DNA from: Octopus bimaculoides
Lineage: Eukaryota
Length of the DNA stretch: 64,000 nucleotides
Reading direction: 5' to 3'
NCBI RefSeq assembly: GCF_001194135.2
Contig: NC_068984.1
Span: forward strand, 128,263,482 to 128,327,481
Part shown: piece after piece, positions 62,115-64,000 of the stretch
Numbering within the stretch: the stretch's first letter is position 1
How the letters are laid out: each line of letters opens with the position of its first letter
Position numbers and translations under genes: made by a program
Notes under the pieces: model-generated
What the model was told of the DNA's origin: nothing
Seen by the model: only the letters and a program-made list of their open reading frames with translations
The model's database searches: none

Positions 62115-62501
62115 ATGTGGAGGCGCAATGGCCCAGTGATTAGGGCAGCGGACTCGCGGTCATAGGATCATGGTTTCGATTCCCAGACCGGGCGTTGTGA
62201 GTGTTTATTGAGCGAAAACGCCTAAAGCTCCACGAGGCTCCGGCAGGGGATGGTGGCGAACCCTGCTGTACTCTTCCACCACAACTTTCTCTCACTCTTT
62301 CTTCCTGTTTCTGTTGTACCTGTAATTCAAAGGGCCAGCCTTGTCACACTGTGTCACGCTGATTATCCCCGAGAACTACGTTAAGGGTACACGTGTCTGT
62401 GGAGTGCTCAGCCACTTGCACGTTAATTTCACGAGCAGGCTGTTCCGTTGATCGGATCAACTGGAACCTTCGACGTCATAAGCGACGGAGTGCCAACAAC
62501 A
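62115..62501 (+). mobile_element. tRNA-derived SINE, young copy
   Basis: Same family; TSD TTTATTTGTAA at 62104-62114 and 62502-62512. Confidence 0.92.
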
Positions 62502-63001
62502 TTTATTTGTAATTAATACCTTGTAAAGTGGTTGGGGTTAGGAAGGGCATCCAGCTGTAAAATCCATGCCAAAACAGATAATAGAACTTGGCACAGTCTT
62601 CTGGCATGCCAACTCCTGTCAAACTATCCAACCCATGCCAGCATGGATAACAGACATTAATTGATGATGATGATAATATAAAAATTTCTTCACAATAATA
62701 TTTTGCTCAATATTTTCTGTTATTCTATGTCATTTTACTATTTTCTGTGTTATTTTAATATTTTTTGCACACAAGAATCTCTTTTTACTTGTTTCAGTCA
62801 AAAGACCGCAGCCATGGGCACTTCCTTGAAGAATTGAAGAATTTTTAGTTGAATGAATCAAGCCCAGTACCTATTGTTTTTTTAAAGACAATACTTATTC
62901 TGTTGTTCTCTTTTGTTAAATCACTAAGTTCCTGGGATGTAAACACACCAACACCAGTTGTCAAGTGGTGGCAGGGTACAAAAACAAACACAGACACAAA
63001 G

Positions 63002-63035
<34 letters not shown>

Positions 63036-63668
63036 CATCATCGATGATGATATATATTTATATGCATACACACATACATACAATAGGCTTCTTTCAGTTT
63101 CCATCTACCGAATCCATACACAAGGGTTTGGTCAGTTCAGAGTTATAGTAGAAGACATTTGCTTAAAGTGCCATGCAGTGAGACTGAAACCAGAACCATG
63201 TGGTTGGGAAGCAATCTTCTTACCTCACAGCTATGCCTATAGTTTTTTTTAAGTTATGTTATTTGACCTTTTAATTGTCTTATACTGAATGAATTAGTTT
63301 TTAATGTATAACTCTTGACCTTTCTATTAATCTGTGTCAGTCACTTATTACCTTATTGTGTATATAGTGTTCTGTGTACAGCTGTTCATCATTCTTGTAT
63401 TTGTCAATAGTTGCTATCAATCATTACATTTCATATATGAGTGTGTATGAATGAGAGTATGTGTATAGACACACATGCAAACACATACATACACAGTTTT
63501 GTATGAATAATTGTTCAACTCCTTGTAATTTCATGTATTATCTGTCAATCATCAATATCCAAACGTATGTATACTTACATACATACAATTTCTGTGAGCA
63601 ACTATTGACTTTGCATATTTATTTTTCTATACTCTTTACAAACCACCATTACCTAACTATATATATGT

Positions 63669-64000
63669 AAAGGTGACGCTTTAGATACTAATAATTACAG
63701 AGGCATCAAGCTGTTAGATCAGGTTATGAAAGTTACGGAGAGGGTCATAGCCCAACTAATTAGGGAGCAAATCAATTTAGATGAGATGCAGTTTGGGTTC
63801 GTGCCAGGTAAAAGCACCACTGATGCCATATTTCTAGTGAGACAGCTGCAGGAGAAATATCTAGCCAAGGATAAACCTCTGTACCTGGCCTTCGTTGACA
63901 TGGAGAAAGCCTTTGACAGGGTCCCCCGATCCCTTATCTGGTGGTCAATGAGGAAACTTGGGATAGAAGAATGGTTAGTGAGAGCTGTGCGAGCCATGTA
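63669..64000 (+). mobile_element. RTE-clade LINE reverse transcriptase fragment, open frame, running off the window end
   Basis: KGDALDTNNYRGIKLLDQVMKVTERVIAQLIREQINLDEMQFGFVPGKSTTDAIFLVRQLQEKYLAKDKPLYLAFVDMEKAFDRVPRSLIWWSMRKLGIEEWLVRAVRAM; same family as 11713-13176. Confidence 0.93.

Overview
AT-rich, microsatellite-dense animal genomic DNA with six N-gaps. The repeat landscape suggests an octopus genome, but that is an inference. The window is dominated by one minus-strand gene, USO1/p115 (general vesicular transport factor). I traced 21 coding exons by hand from the ATG at 55470 down to 1629: 2613 nt, 871 codons, all GT-AG with consistent phases. The last exon(s) and stop codon lie beyond position 1. 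Introns contain RTE-clade LINE pieces, a Penelope-like RT remnant, a CR1/L2-type remnant, several tRNA-derived SINE families, MITEs and minisatellites. The main observations are: (1) intron 14 (10992-13302) is a minor-spliceosome U12-type intron (GTATCCTTT donor, CCTTAAC branch site) carrying a sense-oriented RTE LINE; (2) a degenerate minimal type-I hammerhead ribozyme motif lies on the pre-mRNA strand in intron 8 (21570-21640), about 1.2 kb from the Penelope RT remnant and inside a cluster of fold-back elements; (3) inverted young repeats bracket frame-symmetric exon blocks; (4) Golgi-stress/UPR-type ACGT motifs sit just upstream of the start codon. No CRISPR array, rRNA or intact tRNA gene was found. 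All calls were made by eye with no database searches, and repeat boundaries are approximate.
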